A program made the translations under genes and the position numbers. Positions 32,725 through 43,584 of a DNA stretch of 43,878 bases are shown here, piece after piece. The stretch lies in the IMG/VR virus record IMGVR_UViG_2778261538_000001, one strand, 5' to 3'. This DNA is from a virus. Taxonomy: Duplodnaviria; Heunggongvirae; Uroviricota; Caudoviricetes. Position 1 is the stretch's first letter. Every line of letters begins with the position of its first letter. Below the pieces are notes generated by a model. That model ran no database searches. It saw only the letters and a program-made list of their open reading frames with translations, and was not told where the DNA came from.

Positions 32725-35296
32725 ACCGGTAGGCGATCTGGTCGTTGATTTAAGTCTGGATGCGGCCAGATTTGACGAGCAGATGGCCAGAGTCAGGCGT
32801 CATTTTTCCGGTACGGAAACTGATGCGAAAAAAACAGCGGCAGTCGTTGAACAGTCGATGAACCGGCAGGCGCTGGCTGCACAGAAAGCGGGGATTTCCG
32901 TCGGGCAGTATAAAGCTGCCATGCGTATGCTGCCTGCGCAGTTCACCGACGTGGCCACGCAGCTTGCAGGCGGGCAAAGTCCGTGGCTGATCCTGCTGCA
33001 ACAGGGTGGTCAGGTTAAGGACTCCTTCGGCGGGATGATCCCCATGTTCCGGGGGCTTGCCGGTGCGATCACCCTGCCGATGGTCGGGGCCACCTCGCTG
33101 GCGGTGGCGACCGGTGCGCTGGCGTATGCCTGGTATCAGGGTAACTCAACCCTGTCCGATTTCAACAAAACGCTGGTCCTTTCCGGTAATCAGTCGGGTC
33201 TGACGGCAGATCGTATGCTGGTCCTGTCCAGAGCCGGGCAGGCGGCAGGGCTGACGTTTAACCAGACCAGCGAGTCACTCAGTGCACTGGTTAAGGCGGG
33301 GGTAAGCGGTGAGGCTCAGATTGCGTCCATCAGCCAGAGTGTGGCGCGTTTCTCCTCTGCATCCGGCGTGGAGGTGGACAAGGTCGCTGAAGCCTTCGGG
33401 AAGCTGACCACTGACCCGACGTCGGGGCTGACGGCGATGGCGCGCCAGTTCCATAACGTGACGGCGGAGCAAATTGCGTATGTTGCTCAGTTGCAGCGTT
33501 CCGGCGATGAGGCCGGGGCATTGCAGGCAGCGAACGAGGCCGCAACGAAAGGGTTTGATGACCAGACCCGCCGCCTGAAAGAGAACATGGGCACGCTGGA
33601 GACCTGGGCAGACAGGACTGCGCGGGCATTCAAATCCATGTGGGATTCGGTGCTGGATATTGGTCGCCCGGACACAGCCCAGGAAATGCTGGAGAAAGCA
33701 GAAAAGGCTTTTGATGAGGCGGACAAAAAATGGCAGTGGTATCAGAGCCGGAGCCACCGGCGCGGTAAAACCTCAGCATTTCTTGCCAATCTCCGTGGAG
33801 CATGGGAGGACAGAGCGAATGCGCAACTTGGGCTTTCAGCCGCCACGTTGCAGGCCGATCTGGAAAAGGCCAGAGAGATGGCAGCAAAGGACTGGGCCGA
33901 CTCTGAGGCATCACGGCTGAAATATACCGAAGAGGCGCAGAAGGCTTACGAACGCCTGCAGACGCCGCTGGAGAAATATACCGCCCGTCAGGAAGAACTG
34001 AACAAGGCACTGAAGGACGGGAAAATCCTGCAGGCAGATTACAACACGCTGATGGCGGCGGCGAAAAAGGATTATGAAGCGACGCTGAAAAAGCCGAAAC
34101 AGTCCGGCGTGAAGGTGTCTGCGGGCGATCGTCAGGAAGACAGTGCTCATGCTGCCCTTCTGACGCTTCAGGCAGAACTCCGGACGCTGGAGAAGCATGC
34201 CGGAGCGAATGAGAAAATCAGCCAGCAGCGCCGGGATTTGTGGAAGGCAGAAAGTCAGTTCGCGGTACTGGAGGAGGCCGCACAACGTCGCCAGCTGTCT
34301 GCACAGGAGAAATCCCTGCTGGCGCATAAAGATGAGACGCTGGAGTACAAACGCCAGCTGGCTGCACTTGGCGACAAGGTTACGTATCAGGAGCACCTGA
34401 ACGCGCTGGCGCAGCAGGCGGATAAATTTGCACAGCAGCAACGGGCAAAACGGGCCGCCATTGATGCGAAAAGCCGGGGGCTGACTGACCGGCAGGCAGC
34501 GCGGGAAGCCACGGAACAGCGTCTGAAGGAGCAGTATGGCGATAATCCGCTGGCGCTGAATAACGTCATGTCAGAGCAGAAAAAGACCTGGGCAGCTGAA
34601 GACCAGCTTCGCGGGAGCTGGATGGCAGGCCTCAAGTCAGGCTGGAGTGAGTGGGAAGAGAGCGCCACGGACAGTATGTCGCAGGTTAAAAGTGCTGCCA
34701 CGCAGACCTTTGATGGTATTGCGCAAAATATGGCGGCGATGCTGACCGGCAGTGAACAGAACTGGCGCAGCTTCACCCGTTCCGTGCTGTCCATGATGAC
34801 AGAAATTCTGCTTAAGCAGGCAATGGTGGGAATTGTCGGGAGTATCGGCAGCGCCATTGGCGGTGCTGCCGGTGGTGGCGCATCAGCGTCAGGCGGTACA
34901 GCCATTCAGGCTGCTGCGGCGAAATTCCATTTTGCGACCGGAGGATTTACGGGAACCGGCGGCAAATATGAGCCAGCGGGGATTGTTCACCGTGGTGAAT
35001 TTGTCTTCACGAAGGAGGCAACCAGCCGGATTGGCGTGGGAAATCTCTACCGGCTGATGCGCGGCTATGCCACCGGCGGTTATGTCGGTGGCACCGGAAG
35101 TCCGGCGCAAATGCGGCGTTCAGAGGGTATCAGGTTTGAGCAGAACAACAACGTGGTGATTCAGAACGACGGTACGAATGGTCTGCCAGGTCCACAGATG
35201 ATGAAGGCGGTGTATGACATGGCCCGCAAGGGTGCCCGTGATGAAATCCAGGCACAGATGCGCGATGGTGGTCTGTTCTCCGGAGGTGGACGATGA
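32717..35296 (+). CDS. H: Tail tape-measure protein H, 859 aa
   Basis: Length, position and translation match lambda gpH. Confidence 0.95.
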   Translation: MAEPVGDLVVDLSLDAARFDEQMARVRRHFSGTETDAKKTAAVVEQSMNRQALAAQKAGISVGQYKAAMRMLPAQFTDVATQLAGGQSPWLILLQQGGQVKDSFGGMIPMFRGLAGAITLPMVGATSLAVATGALAYAWYQGNSTLSDFNKTLVLSGNQSGLTADRMLVLSRAGQAAGLTFNQTSESLSALVKAGVSGEAQIASISQSVARFSSASGVEVDKVAEAFGKLTTDPTSGLTAMARQFHNVTAEQIAYVAQLQRSGDEAGALQAANEAATKGFDDQTRRLKENMGTLETWADRTARAFKSMWDSVLDIGRPDTAQEMLEKAEKAFDEADKKWQWYQSRSHRRGKTSAFLANLRGAWEDRANAQLGLSAATLQADLEKAREMAAKDWADSEASRLKYTEEAQKAYERLQTPLEKYTARQEELNKALKDGKILQADYNTLMAAAKKDYEATLKKPKQSGVKVSAGDRQEDSAHAALLTLQAELRTLEKHAGANEKISQQRRDLWKAESQFAVLEEAAQRRQLSAQEKSLLAHKDETLEYKRQLAALGDKVTYQEHLNALAQQADKFAQQQRAKRAAIDAKSRGLTDRQAAREATEQRLKEQYGDNPLALNNVMSEQKKTWAAEDQLRGSWMAGLKSGWSEWEESATDSMSQVKSAATQTFDGIAQNMAAMLTGSEQNWRSFTRSVLSMMTEILLKQAMVGIVGSIGSAIGGAAGGGASASGGTAIQAAAAKFHFATGGFTGTGGKYEPAGIVHRGEFVFTKEATSRIGVGNLYRLMRGYATGGYVGGTGSPAQMRRSEGIRFEQNNNVVIQNDGTNGLPGPQMMKAVYDMARKGARDEIQAQMRDGGLFSGGGR

Positions 35297-35622
35297 AAAC
35301 CTTCCGCTGGAAAGTGAAACCCGGGATGGATGTGACATCGGCTCCTTCCGTCAGGGAGGTGCGCTTTGGTGATGGCTATTCCCAGCGTGCGCCTGCCGGG
35401 CTGAACGCTGACCTGAAAACGTACAGCGTGACGCTGTCTGTCTCCCGTGAGGAGGCCACGGCGCTGGAGTCGTTTCTGGCTGAGCACGGGGGCTGGAAGG
35501 CCTTTCTGTGGACGCCGCCTTATGGTTACAGGCAGATAAAGGTGACCTGCGCAAAATGGTCGTCGCAGGTCAGTATGTTGCGTGTTGAGTTCAGCGCAGA
35601 GTTTAAACAGGTGGTGAACTGA
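35293..35622 (+). CDS. M: Tail tip protein M, 109 aa
   Basis: Matches lambda gpM. Confidence 0.95.
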   Translation: MKTFRWKVKPGMDVTSAPSVREVRFGDGYSQRAPAGLNADLKTYSVTLSVSREEATALESFLAEHGGWKAFLWTPPYGYRQIKVTCAKWSSQVSMLRVEFSAEFKQVVN

Positions 35623-36320
35623 TGCAGGATATCCGGCAGGAAACACTGAATGAATGCACCCGTGCGGAGCAGTCGGCCAGCGTGGTGCTCTGGGAAATCG
35701 ATCTGACAGAGGTCGGTGGAGAACGTTATTTTTTCTGTAATGAGCAGAACGAAAAAGGTGAGCCGGTCACCTGGCAGGGGAGGCAGTATCAGGCGTATCC
35801 CATTCAGGGGAGTGGTTTTGAACTGAATGGCAAAGGCACCAGTACGCGCCCCACGCTGACGGTTTCTAACCTGTACGGTATGGTCACCGGGATGGCGGAA
35901 GATCTGCAGAGTCTGGTCGGCGGAACGGTGGTCAAGCGTAAGGTTTACGCCCGTTTTCTGGATGCGGTGAACTTCGTCAACGGAAACAGTGACGCCGATC
36001 CGGAGCAGGAGGTGATCAGCCGCTGGCGCATTGAGCAGTGCAGCGAACTGAGCGCGGTCAGTGCCTCTTTTGTACTGTCCACGCCGACGGAAACGGACGG
36101 CGCTGTTTTTCCGGGACGTATCATGCTGGCCAACACCTGCACCTGGACCTATCGCGGCGATGAGTGCGGTTATCACGGTCCGGCGGTCGCGGATGAATAT
36201 GACCAGCCAACGTCCGATATCACGAAGGATAAATGCAGCAAATGCCTGAGCGGTTGTAAGTTCCGCAATAACGTCGGCAACTTTGGCGGCTTCCTTTCCA
36301 TTAACAAACTTTCGCAGTAA
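35622..36320 (+). CDS. L: Tail tip protein L, 232 aa
   Basis: Matches lambda gpL. Confidence 0.95.
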   Translation: MQDIRQETLNECTRAEQSASVVLWEIDLTEVGGERYFFCNEQNEKGEPVTWQGRQYQAYPIQGSGFELNGKGTSTRPTLTVSNLYGMVTGMAEDLQSLVGGTVVKRKVYARFLDAVNFVNGNSDADPEQEVISRWRIEQCSELSAVSASFVLSTPTETDGAVFPGRIMLANTCTWTYRGDECGYHGPAVADEYDQPTSDITKDKCSKCLSGCKFRNNVGNFGGFLSINKLSQ

Positions 36321-36325
36321 ATCCC

Positions 36326-37069
36326 ATGACACAGACAGAATCAGCGATTCTGGCGCACGCCCGGCGATGTGCGCCAGCGGAGTCGTGCGGCTTCGTGGTA
36401 AGCACGCCGGAGGGGGAAAGATATTTCCCCTGCGTGAATATCTCCGGTGAGCCGGAGGCGTATTTCCGTATGTCGCCGGAAGACTGGCTGCAGGCAGAAA
36501 TGCAGGGTGAGATTGTGGCGCTGGTCCACAGCCACCCCGGTGGTCTGCCCTGGCTGAGTGAGGCTGACCGGCGGCTGCAGGTGCAGAGTGATTTGCCGTG
36601 GTGGCTGGTCTGCCGGGGGGCGATTCATAAGTTCCGCTGTGTGCCGCATCTCACCGGGCGGCGCTTTGAGCACGGGGTGACGGACTGTTACACGCTGTTC
36701 CGGGATGCTTATCATCTGGCGGGGATTGAGATGCCGAATTTTCATCGCGGGGATGACTGGTGGCGTCACGGTCAGAATCTCTATCTGGATAATCTGGAGG
36801 CCACAGGGCTGTATCAGGTGCCGTTGTCAGCGGCGCAGCCGGGCGATGTGCTGCTGTGCTGTTTTGGTTCATCGGTGCCGAATCATGCCGCCATTTACTG
36901 TGGTGACGGCGAGCTGCTGCACCATATTCCTGAACAACTGAGCAAACGAGAGAGGTATACCGACAAATGGCAGCGACGCACACACTCCCTCTGGCGTCAC
37001 CGGGCATGGCACGCATCTGCCTTTACGGGGATTTGCAACGATTTGGCCGCCGCATCGATCTTCGTGTGA
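36326..37069 (+). CDS. K: Tail tip assembly protein K, 247-aa ORF (the shorter form I recall for lambda would start at the internal Met at 36470)
   Basis: Translation matches lambda K; Cys/His-containing NlpC/P60-like region visible. Confidence 0.88.
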   Translation: MTQTESAILAHARRCAPAESCGFVVSTPEGERYFPCVNISGEPEAYFRMSPEDWLQAEMQGEIVALVHSHPGGLPWLSEADRRLQVQSDLPWWLVCRGAIHKFRCVPHLTGRRFEHGVTDCYTLFRDAYHLAGIEMPNFHRGDDWWRHGQNLYLDNLEATGLYQVPLSAAQPGDVLLCCFGSSVPNHAAIYCGDGELLHHIPEQLSKRERYTDKWQRRTHSLWRHRAWHASAFTGICNDLAAASIFV

Positions 37070-37638
37070 AAACGGGGGCCGAAGCCATCCGGGCGCTGGC
37101 CACGCAGCTACCGGCGTTTCGTCAGAAACTGAATGACGGCTGGTATCAGGTACGGATTGCCGGGCGGGACGTCAGCACGTCCGGATTGACGGCGCAGTTA
37201 CATGAGGTTCTGCCTGACGGCGCTGTGATTCATATTGTTCCCAGAGTCGCCGGGGCCAAGTCAGGGGGCGTATTCCAGATTGTTCTGGGGGCTGCCGCCA
37301 TTGCCGGATCATTCTTTACTGCCGGAGCCACCCTTGCAGCATGGGGGGCAGCCATTGGGGCCGGTGGTATGAACGGTATCCTGTTTTCTCTCGGTGCCAG
37401 TATGGTACTTGGTGGTGTGGCGCAGATGCTGGCACCGAAAGCCAGAACTCCCCGTACACAGACAACGGATAACGGTAAGCAGAACACCTATTTCTCCTCA
37501 CTGGATAACATGGTTGCCCAGGGCAATGTTCTGCCTGTTCTGTACGGTGAAATGCGCGTGGGGTCGCGGGTGGCTTCTCAGGAGATCAGCACGGCAGACG
37601 AGGGGGACGGTGGTCAGGTTGTGGTGATTGGTCGTTGA
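36967..37638 (+). CDS. I: Tail tip assembly protein I, 223 aa
   Basis: Matches lambda gpI; overlaps K 3' end. Confidence 0.9.
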   Translation: MAATHTLPLASPGMARICLYGDLQRFGRRIDLRVKTGAEAIRALATQLPAFRQKLNDGWYQVRIAGRDVSTSGLTAQLHEVLPDGAVIHIVPRVAGAKSGGVFQIVLGAAAIAGSFFTAGATLAAWGAAIGAGGMNGILFSLGASMVLGGVAQMLAPKARTPRTQTTDNGKQNTYFSSLDNMVAQGNVLPVLYGEMRVGSRVASQEISTADEGDGGQVVVIGR

Positions 37639-37698
37639 TGAAAAACGTTTTATGTGAAACCGCCTCAGGGCGGTTTTGTCGTTTCTGGAGCGTGAGGA

Positions 37699-40600
37699 AT
37701 GGGTAAAGGCAGCAGTAAGGGGCATACCCCGCGCGAAGCGAAGGACAACCTGAAATCATCCCAGATGCTGAGCGTGATAGACGCCATCAGCGAAGGGCCG
37801 GTTGAAGGTCCGGTGGATGGATTAAAAAGCGTGCTGCTGAACAGTACGCCGGTACTGGACAGTGAGGGGAATACCAACATCTCCGGTGTCACGGTGGTGT
37901 TCCGGGCAGGTGAGCAGGAGCAGACTCCGCCGGAGGGATTTGAATCCTCCGGCTCCGAGACGGTGCTGGGTACGGAAGTGAAATATGACACGCCGATCAC
38001 CCGGACCATCACGTCGGCAAACATCGACCGTCTGCGCTTTACCTTCGGTGTGCAGGCACTGGTGGAAACCACCTCAAAGGGTGACCGGAATTCGTCGGAA
38101 GTCCGCCTGCTGGTTCAGATACAGCGTAACGGTGGCTGGGTGACGGAAAAAGACATCACCATTAAGGGCAAAACCACCTCGCAGTACCTGGCCTCGGTGG
38201 TGGTGGATAACCTGCCGCCGCGCCCGTTTAATATCCGGATGCGCAGGATGACGCCGGACAGCACCACAGACCAGCTGCAGAACAAAACGCTCTGGTCGTC
38301 ATACACCGAAATTATCGATGTGAAACAGTGCTACCCGAACACGGCACTGGTCGGCGTGCAGGTGGACTCGGAACAGTTCGGCAGCCAGCAGGTGAGCCGT
38401 AATTATCATTTTCGCGGGCGCATCCTGCAGGTGCCGTCGAACTATAACCCACAGACGCGGCAATACAGCGGTATCTGGGACGGAACGTTAAAACCGGCAT
38501 ACAGCAACAACATGGCCTGGTGTCTGTGGGATATGCTGACCCATCCGCGCTACGGCATGGGGAAACGTCTTGGTGCGGCAGATGTGGATAAATGGGCGCT
38601 GTATGTCATCGGTCAGTACTGCGACCAGTCGGTGCCTGACGGATTTGGCGGCACGGAGCCGCGCATCACCTGTAATGCGTACCTGACCACACAGCGCAAG
38701 GCGTGGGATGTGCTCAGTGATTTTTGCTCGGCGATGCGCTGTATGCCGGTATGGAACGGGCAGACGCTGACATTCGTGCAGGACCGACCGTCGGATAAGG
38801 TGTGGACCTATAACCGCAGTAATGTGGTGATGCCGGATGATGGCGCGCCGTTCCGCTACAGCTTCAGCGCCCTGAAAGACCGCCATAATGCCGTTGAGGT
38901 GAACTGGATTGACCCGGATAACGGCTGGGAGACGGCGACAGAGCTTGTGGAGGACACGCAGGCCATTGCCCGTTACGGTCGTAACGTCACGAAGATGGAT
39001 GCCTTTGGCTGTACCAGTCGGGGGCAGGCACACCGCGCCGGGCTGTGGCTGATTAAAACGGAGCTGCTGGAAACGCAGACCGTGGACTTCAGCGTGGGCG
39101 CAGAAGGGCTTCGCCATGTACCGGGCGATGTCATTGAAATCTGTGATGATGACTATGCCGGTATCAGCACCGGTGGTCGTGTGCTGGCGGTGAACAGCCA
39201 GACCCGGACGCTGACGCTCGACCGTGAAATCACGCTGCCATCCTCCGGTACCACGCTGATAAGCCTGGTTGACGGAAGTGGCAATCCGGTCAGCGTGGAG
39301 GTTCAGTCCGTCACCGACGGCGTGAAGGTAAAAGTGAGCCGTGTTCCTGACGGTGTTGCTGAATACAGCGTATGGGGGCTGAAGCTGCCGACGCTGCGCC
39401 AGCGCCTGTTCCGCTGTGTGAGTATCCGGGAGAACGATGACGGTACGTATGCCATCACCGCCGTGCAGCATGTACCGGAAAAAGAAGCCATCGTGGATAA
39501 CGGGGCGCACTTTGACGGCGACCAGAGCGGCACGGTGAATGGTGTCACGCCGCCAGCGGTGCAGCACCTGACCGCCGAAGTCACCGCAGACAGCGGGGAA
39601 TATCAGGTGCTGGCGCGATGGGACACGCCGAAGGTGGTGAAGGGCGTGAGCTTCCTGCTTCGCCTTACCGTGGCAGCGGACGACGGCAGTGAGCGGCTGG
39701 TCAGCATGGCCCGGACGACGGAAACCACATACCGCTTCAGGCAACTGGCGCTGGGGAACTACAGGCTGACAGTCCGGGCGGTAAATGCGTGGGGGCAGCA
39801 GGGCGATCCGGCATCGGTATCGTTCCGGATTGCCGCACCGGCAGCGCCGTCGCAGATTGAGCTGACACCGGGGTATTTTCAGATAACCGCCACGCCGCAT
39901 CTTGCGGTTTATGATCCGACGGTACAGTTTGAGTTCTGGTTCTCGGAAAAGCGGATTGCGGATATCAGGCAGGTTGAAACCACAGCACGCTATCTTGGCA
40001 CGGCGCTGTACTGGATAGCCGCCAGTATCAATATCAAACCGGGCCATGATTATTATTTTTACGTTCGCAGTGTGAACACCGTTGGCAAATCGGCATTTGT
40101 GGAGGCTGTTGGCCAGCCGAGTGATGATGCATCCGGCTATCTGAATTTTTTCAAAGGAGAGATAGGGAAAACCCATCTGGCTCAGGAGTTGTGGACGCAG
40201 ATTGATAACGGTCAGCTTGCGCCTGACCTGGCTGAAATCAGGACGTCCATTACGGGTGTCAGCAATGAAATCACGCAGACCGTCAATAAGAAACTGGAAG
40301 ACCAGAGTGCAGCGATCCAGCAGATACAGAAGGTTCAGGTTGATACAAATAATAACCTGAACAGCATGTGGGCTGTGAAGCTGCAGCAGATGCAGGACGG
40401 ACGCCTTTATATCGCGGGTATTGGTGCCGGTATTGAGAATACCCCTGACGGTATGCAGAGTCAGGTGCTGCTGGCGGCGGACAGGATTGCGATGATTAAT
40501 CCTGCGAATGGCAATACAAAGCCGATGTTTGTTGGTCAGGGCGATCAGATATTTATGAATGAAGTGTTCCTGAAATATCTGACGGCTCCCACCATTACCA

Positions 40601-41181
40601 GCGGCGGTAATCCTCCGGCATTTTCCCTGACACCGGACGGGCGGCTGACGGCGAAAAATGCGGATATCAGCGGTAACGTGAACGCGAACTCCGGGACGCT
40701 CAACAATGTCACGATTAATCAGAACTGCCGGATTCTGGGAAAACTGTCAGCTAACCAGATTGAAGGTGATATTGTCAAAACGGTGGGAAAAGCCTTTCCG
40801 AGAAATGGCAGTTATGCCAGCGGTACAATAACGGTCACTGTGTACGATGACCAGGCTTTTGACCGTCAGATAGTCGTCCCCCCCGTTCTGTTTCGCGGTG
40901 GTAAGCATGAAAACTTCAACAGCAACAACCAACAGTCATACTGGTATTCAACCTGTAAGCTGCAGGTGCTGAAGAACGGACAGGAAATCTTTCAGCAACC
41001 CGCGACGGATGTCAGCAGGGTATTTTCATCAGTCATTGATATGCCTGCCGGACACGGCCATGTCACCCTGACTTTCAATGTTTCTTCATATGGTGCAAAT
41101 AACTGGACGCCAACGACCAGTATCAGCGACCTTCTTGTTGTTGTGATGAAGAAATCTACAGCCGGTATCAGTATCAGTTGA
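37699..41181 (+). CDS. J: Central tail fibre / host-specificity protein J, 1160 aa; extreme C-terminus not recognised as lambda
   Basis: N-terminus [20 protein letters not shown]... and most of the protein match lambda J from memory; ORF is about 28 aa longer than the 1132 aa I recall. Confidence 0.93.
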   Translation: MGKGSSKGHTPREAKDNLKSSQMLSVIDAISEGPVEGPVDGLKSVLLNSTPVLDSEGNTNISGVTVVFRAGEQEQTPPEGFESSGSETVLGTEVKYDTPITRTITSANIDRLRFTFGVQALVETTSKGDRNSSEVRLLVQIQRNGGWVTEKDITIKGKTTSQYLASVVVDNLPPRPFNIRMRRMTPDSTTDQLQNKTLWSSYTEIIDVKQCYPNTALVGVQVDSEQFGSQQVSRNYHFRGRILQVPSNYNPQTRQYSGIWDGTLKPAYSNNMAWCLWDMLTHPRYGMGKRLGAADVDKWALYVIGQYCDQSVPDGFGGTEPRITCNAYLTTQRKAWDVLSDFCSAMRCMPVWNGQTLTFVQDRPSDKVWTYNRSNVVMPDDGAPFRYSFSALKDRHNAVEVNWIDPDNGWETATELVEDTQAIARYGRNVTKMDAFGCTSRGQAHRAGLWLIKTELLETQTVDFSVGAEGLRHVPGDVIEICDDDYAGISTGGRVLAVNSQTRTLTLDREITLPSSGTTLISLVDGSGNPVSVEVQSVTDGVKVKVSRVPDGVAEYSVWGLKLPTLRQRLFRCVSIRENDDGTYAITAVQHVPEKEAIVDNGAHFDGDQSGTVNGVTPPAVQHLTAEVTADSGEYQVLARWDTPKVVKGVSFLLRLTVAADDGSERLVSMARTTETTYRFRQLALGNYRLTVRAVNAWGQQGDPASVSFRIAAPAAPSQIELTPGYFQITATPHLAVYDPTVQFEFWFSEKRIADIRQVETTARYLGTALYWIAASINIKPGHDYYFYVRSVNTVGKSAFVEAVGQPSDDASGYLNFFKGEIGKTHLAQELWTQIDNGQLAPDLAEIRTSITGVSNEITQTVNKKLEDQSAAIQQIQKVQVDTNNNLNSMWAVKLQQMQDGRLYIAGIGAGIENTPDGMQSQVLLAADRIAMINPANGNTKPMFVGQGDQIFMNEVFLKYLTAPTITSGGNPPAFSLTPDGRLTAKNADISGNVNANSGTLNNVTINQNCRILGKLSANQIEGDIVKTVGKAFPRNGSYASGTITVTVYDDQAFDRQIVVPPVLFRGGKHENFNSNNQQSYWYSTCKLQVLKNGQEIFQQPATDVSRVFSSVIDMPAGHGHVTLTFNVSSYGANNWTPTTSISDLLVVVMKKSTAGISIS

Positions 41182-41239
41182 ATTTTATAACCCAGATACG
41201 GGTGCCAGAAATGGCGCCTTTTTTATTTGTGGAGTGAAT

Positions 41240-43297
41240 ATGGCAGTACAGATTTCAGGCGTGCTGAAAGACGGTGCAGGAAAACCGATACAGAACTGCA
41301 CCATTCAGCTCAAAGCAAAACGTAACAGCACCACGGTTGTGGTGAACACGGTGGCCTCAGAAAATCCGGATGAAGCCGGACGTTACAGCATGGATGTCGA
41401 GTATGGCCAGTACAGCGTTATCCTGCTGGTTGAAGGTTTTCCGCCTTCACATGCCGGGACCATCACCGTGTATGAGGATTCTAAGCCGGGGACGCTGAAT
41501 GATTTTCTGGGTGCCATGACGGAAGAGGATGTCATGCCGGAGGCATTGCGTCGTTTTGAGGTAATGGTGGAGGATGTGGCACGCAACGCTGAAGCCGCCT
41601 CTCAGAGCGCAGCGGCAGCAAAGAAATCAGAAACAGCAGCGGCATCGTCCAGGAACGCGGCGAAAACATCAGAGACGAATGCAGGTAACAGCGCGAAAGC
41701 GGCAGCTTCTTCAAAAACAGCCGCACAAAACGCAGCAACAGCGGCAGAACGTTCAGAGACAAATGCCCGTGCGTCAGAGGAAGCCTCCGCAGACAGTGAA
41801 GAGGCTTCCCGCCGTAATGCAGAGTCAGCCGCTGAGAATGCCGGAATCGCCACCACAAAAGCGCGGGAGGCCGCAGCAGACGCAACAAAGGCCGGGCAGA
41901 AAAAGGATGAGGCTCTGTCGGCAGCGACACGAGCTGAAAAGGCGGCAGACCGCGCAGAAGCCGCAGCGGAAGTGACTGCAGAGCCCTGTGCGAATATAGT
42001 GCCGCCGCTGCCTGATGTGTGGATACCGTTTAACGATTCACTGGATATGATTACGGGGTTTTCGCCATCATATAAAAAGATTGTTATTGGTGACGATGAA
42101 ATAACAGTGCCAGGCGACAAGATTGTTAAGTTTAAACGAGCTTCAACAGCAACGTATATCAATAAGTCAGGCTCGTTTGTTGTGGCAGATGTTGATGAAG
42201 CCAGATTTGAAAAGTCTGGTTTACTGATAGAAGGGCAACGTACTAATAATTTCATTAACAGTAATGCACCAGAAGCATGGAACTTTAATAATAAACGTCT
42301 TGATGTAAACAGTAATCTCGATCCATTTGGATTCAGCTATGGTGTTCTGACGTATAAAGATTCACCTGATACCGGGCCTGTGACGCTCATTTCAACAGGA
42401 ACAGGTCGGGTTATCTCTGTGGAAAATGGTGACTCTGTTACAATTTCTGCCCGATTCAAGGGAAACGGAATCAGGGCGAGAATGCGCATATCGAAGCTGA
42501 ATGATGATGGCGCAGGGAATACTTTTATAGCAGATGCGCTTCTGGATTTGAGCAATCTGACATTAAAAAGTGATGTGCTTTCGTCATCTTTCGTAGTGGA
42601 AAACAGCGGATGGATATTCTTTCAGTCAACCTATAAATCTGATTCATCACAAAATATATATGCCCGAATAGAAATGTATCAACAGGAAGGCAATGAAATT
42701 AAGGTCGGTGACAGTATATCAATGGCAACGCCTCAGGTTGAGAAAGGAACTGCTGCATCATCATTCATCATAACAGGGGGAACACCGGCAACGCGAGCCA
42801 GTGATATTGTGACAATCCCATTAAATAAAAACTGGGTGCGAAGGCCACTGACAGTACTGACAGAGTGCAGTGTCTCATGGGACGTTATGCCAAATACCAC
42901 GGGCGCAGCAAGGATATTAAATATTTCCACTACGGGAGACTCAACAGATATAGCTGACCAGAGTTATATGTATCTTGGTTTTATCTCAAAGGGCTCAAAA
43001 GCAATCATCACGAATGGAAAGGGAACTATGGCAGAGATAAAAAGTGACATTGCTGTTTCAGGGCGAAAAAACATTATTGGCGGAAGGTTTAAAGAAGACG
43101 GGAGTCTGTCTGTAGTGGTAAATGGAAATATCGGTGGTGCATCGGTTTCGCCTTATAATGATACAAGATATCTTAATGGTTTCATGAATATAGGGGGGCA
43201 ATCCTCCACCGGAGACAGGCATTTATTTGGACATGTCAGAAATCTGCGAATCTGGCACAGGGAATTGAATGACAGGCAATTAAAAGAGGCTGTATGA
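41240..43297 (+). CDS. stf: Side tail fibre protein Stf: lambda-like N-terminus and Ala/Ser-rich shaft, unrecognised C-terminal distal domain (685 aa from ATG 41240)
   Basis: N-terminus MAVQISGVLKDGAGKPIQNCTIQLKAKRNSTTVVVNTV... matches lambda Stf; C-terminal about 350 aa do not match the lambda His/Gly-rich end as I recall it. Confidence 0.85.
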   Translation: MAVQISGVLKDGAGKPIQNCTIQLKAKRNSTTVVVNTVASENPDEAGRYSMDVEYGQYSVILLVEGFPPSHAGTITVYEDSKPGTLNDFLGAMTEEDVMPEALRRFEVMVEDVARNAEAASQSAAAAKKSETAAASSRNAAKTSETNAGNSAKAAASSKTAAQNAATAAERSETNARASEEASADSEEASRRNAESAAENAGIATTKAREAAADATKAGQKKDEALSAATRAEKAADRAEAAAEVTAEPCANIVPPLPDVWIPFNDSLDMITGFSPSYKKIVIGDDEITVPGDKIVKFKRASTATYINKSGSFVVADVDEARFEKSGLLIEGQRTNNFINSNAPEAWNFNNKRLDVNSNLDPFGFSYGVLTYKDSPDTGPVTLISTGTGRVISVENGDSVTISARFKGNGIRARMRISKLNDDGAGNTFIADALLDLSNLTLKSDVLSSSFVVENSGWIFFQSTYKSDSSQNIYARIEMYQQEGNEIKVGDSISMATPQVEKGTAASSFIITGGTPATRASDIVTIPLNKNWVRRPLTVLTECSVSWDVMPNTTGAARILNISTTGDSTDIADQSYMYLGFISKGSKAIITNGKGTMAEIKSDIAVSGRKNIIGGRFKEDGSLSVVVNGNIGGASVSPYNDTRYLNGFMNIGGQSSTGDRHLFGHVRNLRIWHRELNDRQLKEAV

Positions 43298-43572
43298 AAG
43301 ATTTAACTTTGAAGTTTCATGACAAACTGCAGTTTAAGGCCTTCCTGTCATCTCTTGGCTGGGCGGAAGATGAAGACCTCCAGAATAAACTGTTAGTTGA
43401 TGAAATTGGTTTCACCTACACAGAAACAGGGGTAACTGAAGAGGGAGAACCTGTCTGTATCCGGAATGACGGTTATTTTGTCAACATTCGTATTCTTGAT
43501 GACTTGTTTGATGTTTCTGTATTCTCTGATTATGTTGTGGAGCTGGAAACACCGCTTCGGGAATGGAGCTGA
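43294..43572 (+). CDS. Small acidic protein translationally coupled to stf (candidate fibre assembly chaperone or accessory protein), 92 aa
   Basis: ATGA overlap with stf stop; acidic composition; occupies the position where a Tfa chaperone is expected but is far shorter. Confidence 0.45.
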   Translation: MKDLTLKFHDKLQFKAFLSSLGWAEDEDLQNKLLVDEIGFTYTETGVTEEGEPVCIRNDGYFVNIRILDDLFDVSVFSDYVVELETPLREWS

Positions 43573-43584
43573 AAGGAGGAAATA

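Noticed and set aside
33911-34905. Several minus-strand ORFs of 170-176 aa
   Set aside because: Antisense within tape-measure gene H and low-complexity; spurious.
35526-36332. 268-aa minus-strand ORF
   Set aside because: Antisense within tail gene L; spurious.
38488-40176. 562-aa minus-strand ORF
   Set aside because: Entirely antisense to J, whose translation matches lambda J; long antisense ORFs are expected in GC-rich late genes.
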